NCBI RefSeq assembly: GCF_006345805.1
Contig: NW_021834200.1
Span: 1 to 60,653, forward strand
Direction of reading: 5' to 3'
Length of the DNA stretch: 60,653 nucleotides
DNA from: Octopus sinensis
Taxonomy: Eukaryota
Shown here: positions 13,370 to 26,357 of the stretch, piece after piece
How positions within the stretch are numbered: position 1 is the first letter of the stretch
How the letters are laid out: the number at the start of each line of letters is the position of its first letter
The notes under the pieces: generated by a model
What the model saw: only the letters and a program-made list of their open reading frames with translations
Database searches by the model: none
Told to the model about the DNA's origin: nothing
Position numbers and translations under genes: made by a program

Positions 13370-14647
13370 CGCCGCCAGTATCACCGCCAACACCGCCACT
13401 GTCGTATCCCCTACTACTACTACTACTAATACTACTCACCACGTTACTCCTTCGCCGCTACGGCCACCACCACCAACAACAACAACAACATCACCAGTAC
13501 TATCATGATCACAACCACCACCATTAACAGCTAGCAGAAACACTGCCGCCAACGGCATGATTTCTCTATCACCATCACACCGCCACCACTACCATCCCCA
13601 CCAACATCACCACCAGTATCATCATCATCATCATCATCATCATCATAATCATCATCCTCATCATCATCATCATTATCATCATCACCATCACCACTGGCAC
13701 TCTCAGTGCCGTTACCGGAATTATTTACATCGTCACATCACCGCCGCCACCCTTCCATCACCACCCCCACCACCGTCACCAAAACAACGGTTAAAACAAC
13801 AACAACATCGCTAGCACTACCAACACCATCACCATCACACTCCCGTACACCACCACCACCACCACGAAATCATCGACCACACCAGCCCCACTACCGAAAC
13901 TTCACCAAGAACACCGATCAATGTGCTATCATCACCGCCACCTCAACCACCTTTGCCGCCACCACCTCCATCATCAATACTACTATATTCAGTACTGCAA
14001 CACACCACTACCGTAATGCTGCCAACATATCCACCACTACAATGATAACCATTCCACCACCACCACCATCACCATTACCACCATCATCATCACAGCCACC
14101 ATCACCACCACCACCACTACACCAGCACTACTACCACCATCATCATCACCACCACTACCCTCATCGCCACCACCAGTACCACCATCACCACCACAACTAC
14201 TACGCGCATCACCACCACCACTACTACCACCACCATTACGACCATCACTACTACCACCATCACCACCACCACTACTACGCCAATCACCACCACCACTACG
14301 AACACTACCACTACCACAATCATCCTCACCCCCACTACCACCATCACAACTACCACCACTACCACCGCTACTACTATCACCACTACTCTCATCGTCATCG
14401 GCATTAGAACTAGGCCCCAGCATCGCTTCTGTACAGTCACCATTGCCACTACCACCAACTATACTGTTATTACTAAGAACAAATATTGCCATCGGCGTCA
14501 TCATCACCATCGCAATCACCATTGTCTTTACAGTTTCGACTACCACCAACACCATCGCTACCACCATCACCACATCCTCTAACAATAACTGCAACAACAA
14601 CAATTACTACTACTACCACTTCTACTACTACTACTACTACTACTACT

Positions 14648-14695
<48 letters not shown>
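13370..14695. repeat. long degenerate (CAC)/(CAT)/(TAC)n trinucleotide low-complexity region
   Basis: Direct reading; source of His/Thr/Pro-rich ORFs. Confidence 0.9.
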
Positions 14696-15580
14696 GGATC
14701 TTTTCAATTCTGAAGCCAGTTTTTTCAAATTTTTCCTACTGAACCAAACAATTTGAAACTTCGTATACTGGTAGAATGTGTCAAAAGTAAACTTAATTGT
14801 AAACCAGAATGAAAACGGAATTGTAACTTCTAAGTTTAACGTTGTTTAATAATTAGAATTTTAACCAATGATATTCCGTCATTCGGCTTTATTTTATTTA
14901 CTCCGTCTCGACCACCAATTTGGTGACGTATTAAACATCTTAAATGTAAACAAGCCGCATGTCTCCGTGAAATCTCCTTCTAATTATTTAACGTACTCAT
15001 GTTTCCAGGATCCTATAGTCAGCCACCTTCTAATAACAATATTTAAAACTAGTTAATAAGCCACATGTATTAAATTGAAAATGTTTCCATTCTGTTAGTA
15101 CTTGCTTTCGTTTGCTATTAAGAAGTGGCATCTCAGTGACGAGGCTTCTAACAAGATTTCGTTTCTAAGCTAATGCGTTTCATTTCACTTATTGTATTTA
15201 TTTGTGCAAAAGGCAAGAAATTTAATATTAAAAAAGCAAAGAGCTGGCAGAAACGTTAGCACGCCGGCGAAATGCGTAGCCGTATTTCGTCTGCCGTTAC
15301 GTTCTGTGTTTGTTTACAGTTTTCCGAACGTTAGTACGTCACAAAAGCGCTTTCTACGTCACACTAATAGAATGCAGTCAAGTTTTACACATGAAAACAA
15401 ACAATCTGATTGGTTAAAATTCGCAGTTTTAATCTACGATTAAAGTCATAAAATAGATTTTTCTCAAATAAACTAGTTCCAACCTGTGTCTTGTTTTGCT
15501 AGACTCTATCAGCATACGAAGTTTCAGAATATTTAGTTAAGTAGAAAGATCTGTGGTCCTGGCTTCAGAATTGAAAAGAT

Positions 15581-15582
<2 letters not shown>
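14696..15582. mobile_element. 887-bp non-autonomous TIR element (MITE) inserted in (TAC)n
   Basis: Perfect 24-bp TIRs GGATCTTTTCAATTCTGAAGCCAG (14696-14719; 15559-15582); subterminal IR TGAAACTTCGTATACTGGTAGA (14754-14775; 15505-15526); (TAC)n on both flanks; no transposase-like ORF. Confidence 0.85.
15240..15306 (+). mobile_element. SINE family B head nested inside the MITE
   Basis: GAGCTGGCAGAAACGTTAGCACGCCGGCGAAATGCGTAGCCGTATTTCGTCTGCCGTTACGTTCTG. Confidence 0.75.
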
Positions 15583-15636
<54 letters not shown>

Positions 15637-16798
15637 GTTACTACTACTACTGCTACTACTACTACTGCCACTACTACTACCACTACCACAACAACAAAAA
15701 TAAGAACTACTACTGCTACTGCTGCTGCTACTAATACTACTACAATAACTTCTACTACTACTACTACTCGATAACTATGACGAGGACTCTGAACAGCATC
15801 TTTGAACCAACGAAAGAGGATTTTGACCTTCGCTCGACCTGCTAGAATGAGCAGTCAAATGTGGCTACAATCACATCCACGTTACCTCAACAGGTAAAGA
15901 AGTACTTTGAGTGTTTTACCTGGAAAATCTCTTTTCATATATTTGTTCGATTCAGCTCAACAGAAACAATATCAGCAACAACAAATACAAAACAACAGTA
16001 ACAATACCTATAACAACACCAAAACAACAACAATAATAAAAAATATTCCTAACAAAAACAACAATTCATAAAATAACGCCAACAGCTATATTCTTTACAA
16101 ATAGTGACACTCGTAGTCCTTCAGATGTGGAACCGCGTGGAATGCCTACGATCACTTGTGTCAATCACATTTAAACTGAATGACCTGAGATCAGAGGGTA
16201 TTCTTGCCACCATACTGACCTCATTATGCTCTTGAAAAGGAGATTTTGGTAAATAAAAACGGGTGCAAAATGGCGCATACTTTTTATTGTTGTGTCTGAT
16301 AGTTAGCTCTTAGTCAACCTTCATGGTATAGAGCCAACTGTATCTTATCTATAGACCCATTTGATGCCTATTTTGCTCACAGCGACCTTTATTACCATCG
16401 TTTCACCCCTATGGCCGGTACTACCATATGTGTAATATTTAATATATATATATGTAATATTCTCTTTCTGTGAATGATGTCCCTAACTTTTTTTGCATCT
16501 AACTCCATGACAATGACAAGAGAGTGAATGACATCAAAGTTATACTGTTCTTTGCCTCACCGTTGTCCTGAAGCAAGTGCTGGGTCCATGAGAGAAGTAA
16601 ACAACACAAGGGAGGCATCATGGACACCATCTTGTTAATGGTGTTTGCTTATTCCTTTGCGACCTTTGGGAAAAAAAATTGACTTCGGCAAGATTTGAAC
16701 TCGAAACGAAATCCTGCATTCCATTTTATTAAACGATCTGGTAGTACAACCAATCCACTTTGAAAAATCATTAATGCCCGAATTTTGGGCGTTATATA

Positions 16799-17011
16799 CG
16801 ACAGGGTACAAAAAAGTTTCTGGCTTTAAGGTTATCAAGAAAGCCCTGGCTAGAGGCCCAGCCTTCAGAGTTCTTTTACAGGGCTTAGAAAAACTGAAGG
16901 ACCACTGCATTAAATGTGTGAATCTGTAATGGAAATATGTTGAATAAAATCCTGACTGATCCTCCTGTATCTATTTTATCAAAAGCTAGAAAATGTTCAG
17001 TACCCCCATCG
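16799..17011 (+). mobile_element. mariner-derived MITE (~213 bp)
   Basis: Degenerate TIRs (TA|CGACAGGGTACAAAAAAGTTTCTGGCTTT versus AAAGCTAGAAAATGTTCAGTACCCCCATCG) flank a remnant of the mariner C-terminus (QGLEKLKDHCIKCVNL*WKYVE*). Confidence 0.7.
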
Positions 17012-17629
17012 CATCTATGTGGACACCATATATGATGGGAACGCAGTACAACAGGCGAAATCGAATTCAGTGTATAACTGCTGTGCATTTTGTCTTCTCA
17101 GAAAGAGAGAAGGGTTCATTCGATATTGGTTAAGTTTGAAATCAGAATTGCAAGGAACGGATTAAGAACCAAATACTTTACGTTCATAACACTACATTTT
17201 CGTCATATACCATTCTATAATTTGTAATAGCCATTATGATTTTGATCCTTGATACAAAGGAAGGTTAGAAGTTATGTTTGCAATGAGGCAAAGTGGATTT
17301 AATTTAATATTTGACCTGTATTTATCACATCGTTCCCTAAAAGATGACTGTAGAATTCGAAGTGACAGCATAAAGAAGCATAATCAAATTCTGCGAGGCA
17401 TTGCGATGCATTACAGATTATGTGATGTCAGGTACCGCCCTTTTCAGCAGTTTCTCTTAATAATGATAACGATTTATTTTATTGGCCATAAGAGTTCGAG
17501 ACCTTGGAGGGGAGAATACGAAGGCTAGATACAACTGATAACTTCAATGAAGAAACATTGGTGCATTCATGTCGATTAAAGAGAGATCAATAAATTTATA
17601 ACAATAATGATGTAAATAAATAGATAGTA

Positions 17630-17661
<32 letters not shown>

Positions 17662-18619
17662 AAGGAGGAGGAGGAGGAAGAGGAGGAACAATATAGAACA
17701 ATAGAATCGCAAAACATGATTTCAGATATAGAAAGAAAAAAAACAACTGCACACGATGACACGTTGATTCGAATCATCTCTGGATTATTCTGACATAAGA
17801 TAGACATGTGAAGTCAAGTCGCATAAACAAATTTAGTCACGCCAGTTTTAACAAATGTCAGCCATTTTACATAAGATTTAATGGAGAGCAGTATCTTATG
17901 CTTCATATTTTGACGTTACGCTCCTCTTCAAATAAGACTTGAAGAAGTAGATGAAGGCTTGTCTTGTGAGGAAAAGCTCTACTTTCAGGCCTTTCACTTG
18001 CGTCCGTTACACAGCTTCCTCCATCACTGCAGTAGAAAACAAATGGTTTCACCTATCCAAACATATTCGAACTTCACGATTAATTCGCTGCATAGTCCGT
18101 TTTATCCTATATGTTCCATATGTATCTATAAATTAGCAATATATGGAGAAAAAACATATGTTTCCCACACATCCTAAACAGCTTAAGTGTTGACGTGTCC
18201 AATCCGGCTATAGCCGTAGAGATTTTTAAGAATATACTGCGAAAACTTTCTGCTGTGCTGCTAAGTCAAGGACCTTGGAAAATTTCTCATTACCTGTAAA
18301 GAATGTGCAGCATCCGTCGTTGCATGCACCCACGATTAACCTTCTATAGAATTCGAAGTCTGATTTTCTGTCGACTGCATTGTTATTTCAGTAACGTATA
18401 CGAGCTTCTGACGACATTTCTGATTGCAAGTGTCAGTGGGCCAAACACCAAGAAATGGTAACCAGTTCGCCTCAAAACAGTTCCTACTACAAGAACATAA
18501 CAACCGATTTTCAAGTATAGTTATATATGGTTCCCAAGTAGAGCCGCAAAGAAATTAATCTTTAGATCCTTTGTCTTGCATTTCATGGTAAGAAGGATTG
18601 TGAAAAACGGTTCTGACGA

Positions 18620-19400
18620 ATAAGTTACTGGCTGAACTACTTTGAAAATAAGCGTTTTGGGCCCCAAACAATAATGGTTTCCAATTTTAGCAGTGAGGCA
18701 AGCAATTTTACGGCGGAGTTGGGGGACGGTTAAGTCGATTAGGTCGATCCCAAGACTCAACTGATACTTATTTTCTTGACCTCCAAAGTATTAACGGCAA
18801 ACGTGACATCGGTGAAATTTGTACTCAGAATATGGAGCACCGGAAGAAATGTGTTAAGCATTTTGTTCGATGCGCTAACGGTTCTGCCGGCTTTCGGCTC
18901 TCCTAAGCAATAAAAATAATGTCGTTAATAATCCCCTCTACTATATACACAAGGCTTGAGATCTTGTGGGGATGGAGCCAGTCTATTACATCGATCCCAG
19001 TACTTGACACGTATTTTCTCGACCCAGGAACTATGAAAGACAAAAGGTCAACCACGCCGGAATTTGAACACAAAACGTAAGAATGGACGAAATGCAATTA
19101 CGCACCGAAACCGGCGTATTAACGGTTCTAAAAGCTGAAAACTTGCTGCCTTAACAACGAAAATAAAAGGAACAAAATCAAATTTTTGCCCAGGGGGAGC
19201 AATTTTCAAGCGAGAGGGTTATTGATTCCATTGACCTCAGTGCTCAAATGTTAATTGTTTTATGTAACCCGAGGGATGAGTGGCAAATTAGAAGTTCGAA
19301 CGGCATCAGAAGTTTGAACATCAAGTACTGGAAATAATTCCACTTAGTACTTTGTCGAGCGCTATGTTGAGACTGCCAGTTCAGCGCCTTAACGATGATA
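18620..19400 (-). mobile_element. three degraded SINE family B copies in reverse orientation
   Basis: Repeated reverse-complement motifs GTCGATTAGGTCGATCCC, AATTTGAAC..AGAA, GATTCCATTGACCTCAGT. Confidence 0.65.
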
Positions 19401-19492
19401 ACGAAAAAAGAAAGTATCGCGTATTCACTTATAATTTAACACCAATTTAACCACAGGCTTTGCCATGTATATGTGTATATGTTTCTCTCCCT

Positions 19493-19577
<85 letters not shown>

Positions 19578-19639
19578 ATATATATATACATATATATATA
19601 CATATCTATCTACATATATTTATCTCCTCTCTCTCTCTC

Positions 19640-19676
<37 letters not shown>

Positions 19677-20366
19677 CATCCATAGAGAAGGATACGTAGA
19701 TACGCACACTCAAACGCATACACACATATGTATACACATATATACACAGGTACACATACATATGCTCTTTAAGTGCCTTTTAGGGTTTTAAAGTCACATA
19801 TATAGATTCAAGCACTCCGGTGCTACTCATAAAAAAAGTTCCGTAATGTAACATTCTACAAAACATATATAGTGCGATAGAAGAGAAAATGATTAGGCAT
19901 GTATAAATTCATAAAAGACAGAGAAATAGTTTTATGCAATTTTATCTAAAAAAAAATAAGAAAGTTCAAATATTACGGCAAATTATTTTGTAACTTAAAA
20001 AACATGTAGATAACGCATATAATTATATTTAGTAATAAATAAATCCTTTACATGTCAGCTTTAATGCAAAGGGCAAAATATCTTTCAAAATAATGGAGAT
20101 TTTAAGCAACATCCTCAGGTGAAATAAAGTCTGTGTTAAATATTAAATTCTCGACGTAACGTTTCAAAAACGTAAAGTCAATATTTAAGACATTATGGAG
20201 GGGAATAATAAAATTGATACGTAATAAGATGATTGTCAAATAAACGGAAGGGAATTTTAGTAGTATAACTAGAAAGTAACTAGTAGATATTATTAGTACA
20301 ATAAAAGAAAAGGAAAGATATATTTAATACTAAAAATCTACAAAAATAAAAAATCGTAAAAATAGA

Positions 20367-20400
20367 GATAATAATAGTAATAATAATAATAATAATAATA

Positions 20401-20475
<75 letters not shown>

Positions 20476-20478
20476 GTA

Positions 20479-20520
<42 letters not shown>
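20367..20520. repeat. (AAT)n microsatellite
   Basis: Direct reading. Confidence 0.95.
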
Positions 20521-21481
20521 GTACTCAGAGAGCGCAAGCCTCTGTCAAGGCGACAACTACGTTCTTTCAACGATTAGCCAGAGATTACTTTTCAAATGAG
20601 AGTATCTGAAATAAACTCGACTGCTCTCACAAACGAGAATACTAAAAGTGAACCCAACTTCTCTCAAAAATTAAGTAAAAACAAGGGAAAAATAGTCCTT
20701 CATGGGAAGTGTAGTTGGGTGTGATGGCCGTATTTGTAATGCCGTGTGTGTCGTCTGCAGGGAGAAGGGACAGTTTTGTTTTGTCTATCCACTGATATAG
20801 TGAAAAATTTAACCGTGCGTGAAAGAAAACGGAAAGTACCTGCATACGGTGCTGCTAACAGAGGTTTAACAACATCATTGTGCACAAAAACGTGTGTCCA
20901 AGAAGTAAAGCTTCCTTCAAGGTAGAGCTAGAAATGCAATTGTCAATGAGGTAAGAGGATTTAAACAGATGCGACGTATTCAAAATTGGTAAAACTAAAA
21001 ATTGTCGAGAAAAAATAAAATTTATTATTGTTAGTGAATGTGTTTGTGTTATTTAATTTCTAAACGGTTCTGTTCTGTTTGTTTATGTAGATTGATTTCT
21101 TTATCCATCATTTTCTACTAAGATAGAGACGCGAGTAAAATTAATAATAGAGAAACGAAAATAAAACTTTAGAAACAGCAACGCCGCCATGCCTAACGTG
21201 GAAACCATGAGCTTGCGTTCAAGGGAGATAATCAGAGAAAGACTGGAAAGACAACGTATGGTCGTAATACTTCATGTAAAGTAAAATAAATATAACAAAT
21301 AATCTAGAATCCTTGTCCGGTACCGGATCGATCACAAAATCTAATCGGTTCGTGTAAGTCATGAGGCCAAACAGCTCTGTAGGTGTCATCCACATCCATC
21401 CAGCGGTTCTTGAGATATCTTGTCTACGGACAAACAAACAAACAAACACTACTGAAAACAATATCTCTACCTTCGGATGGG

Positions 21482-21485
<4 letters not shown>
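20521..21485. mobile_element. possible Helentron/DINE-like non-autonomous element split by a ~600-bp insert
   Basis: Left part begins GTACTCAGAGAGCGCAAGCCTCTGTCAAGG; right part (21300-21485) has (CAAA)n and a degenerate terminal stem-loop. Class assignment rests on recalled similarity to such elements. Confidence 0.4.
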
Positions 21486-21527
<42 letters not shown>

Positions 21528-21530
<3 letters not shown>

Positions 21531-22060
21531 CAGGCAGTGGCTCTCATGGCTTCTGATCTTAACTGATTGGAAGTGTTATCATGTACATTGTTTTGTCTTG
21601 GTATAAAAGATGGGCTACAGCAAATATTCTGCTCAATACCACAGATTTGCTTGTCAGTTGTTTGACCTTAACCAGTTGAGCATGTCCCTTAGTGGCTGAC
21701 GATATGTGCATCTCTGATCACGAGCAGAAGTAGTGGGGGAGCATCATAGCCATGTGTTGAGAGGGATTCTTTGGGGTTTGAATAGTTCACCTCTGGAAAC
21801 ATAGGTGGTTCTTTCAACATCCTTAAACAACCCTTATTCAGGGACCGGATGGGCTACTCAACCTGAAGAAAATTCTAACTGGGCCCCACCTGCAAGGTCA
21901 TGTGCTGTTTATCTTGATATGAGATCACGATGTTGTGCACATATGGTTGTGATGCATGTGCCTGGTGTACCTTTATCAGACGGGTAGTCATGATGGGTAT
22001 ATTGGGCTTCGTATATTTTACCCCAGTGTCACTTTGATGGCATGAACTGCTCTCTCACTC

Positions 22061-22061
<1 letters not shown>
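21528..22061 (+). mobile_element. family C non-coding interspersed element in (AAT)n
   Basis: Reverse complement of 57299-57857, 51435-51916 and 54031-54368; (AAT)n on both sides. Confidence 0.85.
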
Positions 22062-22092
<31 letters not shown>

Positions 22093-22149
22093 TGATAATA
22101 ATAATAATAATAATAATCAGAAGAAGAAGAAGAAGAAAATTTTCTACAA

Positions 22150-22290
22150 GGGCAGCAACTTTGAGTGAGGGGATGAGTTGATTACTGTTGAACCGCCAGT
22201 GGTCAAATGGTACTTATTTTATCGACCCCGAAAGGATGAAAGGCAAGTCGACCTCGGCGGTATTTGAACTCTGGATGTAACGATTCTGCC
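22150..22290 (-). mobile_element. SINE family B fragment
   Basis: GGTACTTATTTTATCGACCCCGAAAGGATGAAAGGCAAGTCGACCTCGGCGGTATTTGAACTC. Confidence 0.8.
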
Positions 22291-22334
22291 AAATCGCCGC
22301 TTGAATAATAATTAAAACAATAATAATAATAATA

Positions 22335-22369
<35 letters not shown>

Positions 22370-23139
22370 TAATAATAACAATAACAACAACAACAACAAT
22401 AATAATAATAATAATAATACCAAATAATTTAGATAGATAAAAGAGTTGTTGCATTGAATATGTAATTGTTTATATATGTTTGTTGCAGTTATACATAGGA
22501 ATAGGCTTAGATACTTAATTATATGGAGCTATATACACACATATCTAATTGTTCTATGTTGTGGTGACAAGCGACTATCTTGGACGTGAAAGGGTTTTCA
22601 ATAAGTATCTGTTTAAGATATAATGAAGTGAATTTCGATGGTTCTGGATGGCACTTACTTGATTGTATCATCCATTAAAGTGTTTTTGTTGTTTTTCTTA
22701 AAATTGTAATTGATATATGATTGAATAGTTGATGCCTGCGCGCATAACATACAATCATTTGAATTAATTTTTAGAATCCAGCCGTCCATTCACACGGAAT
22801 TTCGTCTTTTTCTAAAGCCAAGACCCGAAGGGACTTTTTATATATTAGAACTGTGATTAGGTATATCAGAAAAAATATACATAAGTCGAAAGAATTTGTG
22901 GACTTTTATGGTGTTATAATTATCTATCTTTTAATATTATGTGATGTTATAATATATTCATAGCATTTAACGTAATATTGTAATATAAGTAAATCATTAG
23001 ATTGTCAATAGTATATTTCTATATTTATTTTAGTTTTATAATTGAATATACAAATTTTTATATGGTATTCATCTGACGTACCAGTGAACTGGATGTTTAA
23101 CACACGCTTTTGAAGGATTCCTTTTTCTCAGTTTGTTAT

Positions 23140-23311
<172 letters not shown>

Positions 23312-23444
23312 TTACTTGGAGGAAAGAAACGAAACGACGCGAGGGCGCTCAATCATATAATAACAATTTAATAAATAAAATATATGCATACATACATATA
23401 TGTACGTACCTACATCTATCTATCTATATATATATATATATATA

Positions 23445-24735
23445 CGAGGGGCGTTCAATAAGTAATGCCCCTGACCCACTTGCAGTTGTTTGATCTAGCT
23501 GAAATTTTGCATGTGCAATTATTTATATCTCTATAGATTAAGTGGCAAATTACAGCTCTGAACTAATTGTGGTTTCTGATTTACAGGTGTTTGAACTGAG
23601 TCAAGTGTGAAACGGAGCCTGTTGAGTGTCGAGCAGTGATGCGGTTTTTGTATTTGAAAGGACGCACACCACGGGAGACTTTTGATGAAATAAAAGTAAC
23701 TTATGGTGATGATGCCCCATCATATGACCTTGTAAAACGCTGGCATCGTGAATTCAAACATGGTCGGAACTTTGTGGAAACAGCTTCCAGATCTGGTCGC
23801 CCCCTTCTGGCATTGATGAGGCATCTGTCCGTCAAGTTGAGGCTGCCATTTTGGAAGATCGACGCATAACTATTCGCCAAATAGCCCATGAGGTCAAGAT
23901 TAGTACCGGGTCTGTGGAAACTATCATTCATGACCATTTGCATATGCAAAAGGTGTCTGCCAGATGGATTCCCAGGCTGCTCACACCTTTCCAGAAGCAA
24001 GAACGCGTCGATTGCGCGAGGATGAATTTGAAGATGTGCCAAGAAGATAAGTCAAAATTTTTCAAAAGACTGATTACACAGGATGAAACCTGGGTCCATC
24101 ACTATGATTCAGAGACCAAAGCCCAGTCAATGCAGTTGAAGCACCGTGACTCACCTCCTCCAAAGAAGGCAAGGGTGCAGCCCTCCGCTGGTAAGGTCAT
24201 GCTCACAGTCTTCTGGGACCAGGACGGAGTAGTGATGACAGATTTCTTGGCAAAGGGTGCCACAATTACAGGAGTCTATTATGCTTCACTTTTGAGGAAA
24301 TTAAGGGAAGCTATCAAAATCAAGAGGCGGGGCAAGATCAGCAAAGGCATCCTCCTCCTGCAGGACAACGCTCCGATTCACAACTCGCGTGTCGCCAGAT
24401 CAGAAGCACAGTCGTGCGGCTATGAACTCATCTCCTATTCTCCCTACTCTCCTGACTTGCACCCTCTGATTTTCACCTCTTCCCAGCCATGAAGTTGTTT
24501 TTGAAAGGAAAGCGTTTCCCAGATGATGCAGCCTTGATTTCTGAAGTCACGTCGTGGTTGGAGGACCAAGCGGGGGTCTTCTACAAAAACGGTCTTCAGA
24601 GCTACATCAAACGATGGGAGAAATGCGTAACTCTGGGTGGTTTCTATGTAGAAAAAGACTAATAACTGTGGCAAGTTTCGTTGCTCTACTGGTATGGGAA
24701 GTGGGTCAGGGGCATTACTTATTGAACGCCCGTCG
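23445..24735 (+). mobile_element. full-length mariner (Tc1/mariner, DD34D) transposon, 1,291 bp
   Basis: 37-bp TIRs CGAGGGGCGTTCAATAAGTAATGCCCCTGACCCACTT (23445-23481; 24699-24735, one mismatch), TA on both flanks, transposase inside. Confidence 0.97.
23612..24662 (+). pseudogene. mariner transposase pseudogene
   Basis: ACG at the expected start (23612); frameshifts near 23805 and 24460; motifs WIPRLL, TQDETW, QDNAPIH and YSPDL(A)PSD with 34 residues between the second and third D; restored C-terminus ends [16 protein letters not shown] at 24662. Confidence 0.93.
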
Positions 24736-24896
24736 TATATATATATGCATGTATATATACATATAGATGTAGGTACGTATATATATGTACGTATGTATGC
24801 ATATGTTTTATTTATTAAATATATATATATATACATATATACATACATACACAAGTATATATATAGATATATATATATACATACATACACGTACAA

Positions 24897-24968
<72 letters not shown>

Positions 24969-24973
<5 letters not shown>

Positions 24974-25634
24974 ATTAAGGGTTAATTGCAACAAGTTGCT
25001 CAAAATCACATACCGAAGATATTAGAAATAGCAGCCAAAATTGATCACTATTTCCTCTACTAATAAAAAGTCTCCACAAACAAACAGAATTTGTAATCAC
25101 TATATGGCAAAAAAGGAAGAAAATAACAAAATCCCAGCCTATGGATTAATTATTGACGAATCGTTTCTGGATTAGAACCGAAGGCTCATTTCCTTGTCAA
25201 TATATTATTTCCTATAAATCTAGAAATGCCAGGGGAAAAACTCACCTGTTACACCAGCACGACCAGCGACATCGAACGATCTAACGGATTGTAGGAATGC
25301 TAGCAATCCGTTAGATCGTTAGATCGTTCGATGTTGTTGGTCGTGCTGGTGTAACGGGTGAGTTTTTCCCCTGGCATTTCTAGATTTATAGGAAATATTA
25401 TATTGACAAGGAAATGAGCCTTCGGTTCTAATCCAGAAACGATTCGTCTATAATTAATCCATAGGCTGGGATTTCGTTATTTTCTTCCTTTTTTGCCATA
25501 TAGTGGTTACAAATTCTGTTTGTTTGTGGAGACTTTTTATTAGTGGAAGAAATAGTGATCAAGTTTGGCTGCTATTTCTAATATCTTCGGTATGTGATTT
25601 TGAGCAACTTGTTGAAATTAACCCTTAATTATAA
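24969..25634. repeat. 666-bp near-perfect palindrome (~325-bp arms, 12-nt spacer)
   Basis: TTATAATTAAGGGTTAATT... (24969-25291) is the reverse complement of 25304-25634, with scattered substitutions and an 8-bp duplication (TTAGATCG) in the right arm; starts right after a long (TA)n. Confidence 0.95.
25397..25454 (+). ncRNA. candidate type I hammerhead ribozyme with U3-A8 core variant
   Basis: Stem I ATTATA/TATAAT; core TTGACAA; stem II GGA-AAT-GAGCC-TTC-GGTTC-TAA-TCC; extra A; GAAA; stem III CG-ATT-CG; GUC triplet ending at 25448. Folded by eye, activity untested. Confidence 0.5.
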
Positions 25635-25755
25635 TTATTATAACCCTTACCAAATATGGTCTTTTCCATACCGATAAATCTACTAGGTGAAATTTATTAA
25701 TTTTATTAAATTAATTATATTCCACCCTTTTTTGCACATATATATATATACACGC

Positions 25756-25831
<76 letters not shown>

Positions 25832-25923
25832 TAATCCAAACAGGAAAACAGAAAAAACAACAAGACGTGGAACAATTACAGTATTATTATTATTAGCCGC
25901 TCAGGAAAATGGAAGAAGGAGGG

Positions 25924-25956
<33 letters not shown>

Positions 25957-26357
25957 ATATATAATTATATATATATATATTATATATAGATATAGATATA
26001 GATATCGATAGATAGATAGATAGGTAGATTGATGGGTAGATAGATAACTAGACGACTAACAAACTAATTAGATAGATAGATATAGATATCTAGATACACT
26101 TATATATACATACATTATATCTATATACATATATATACATATATCTATGTATATATATATATATATATATAATATATATATATATAAGTATACGAAACAA
26201 TAAGAATGACTCCAGAGGTAGTTCTAATCAGTTTAACTTATTCTTTTTTAGTTTTTTAATATTATAAATTTTAGTTCATAGATCTAATAAGTTTTTTGTT
26301 AACCTGGGTGTGGAGAACTTTAAGAAAAAAGTTTTTTTGTTAACTTCTTTGGAAACT

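Noticed and set aside
23851-24492. Functional transposase or SETMAR-like domesticated gene
   Set aside because: The ORF lacks the N-terminal HTH and the third catalytic D because of frameshifts; no SET domain nearby.
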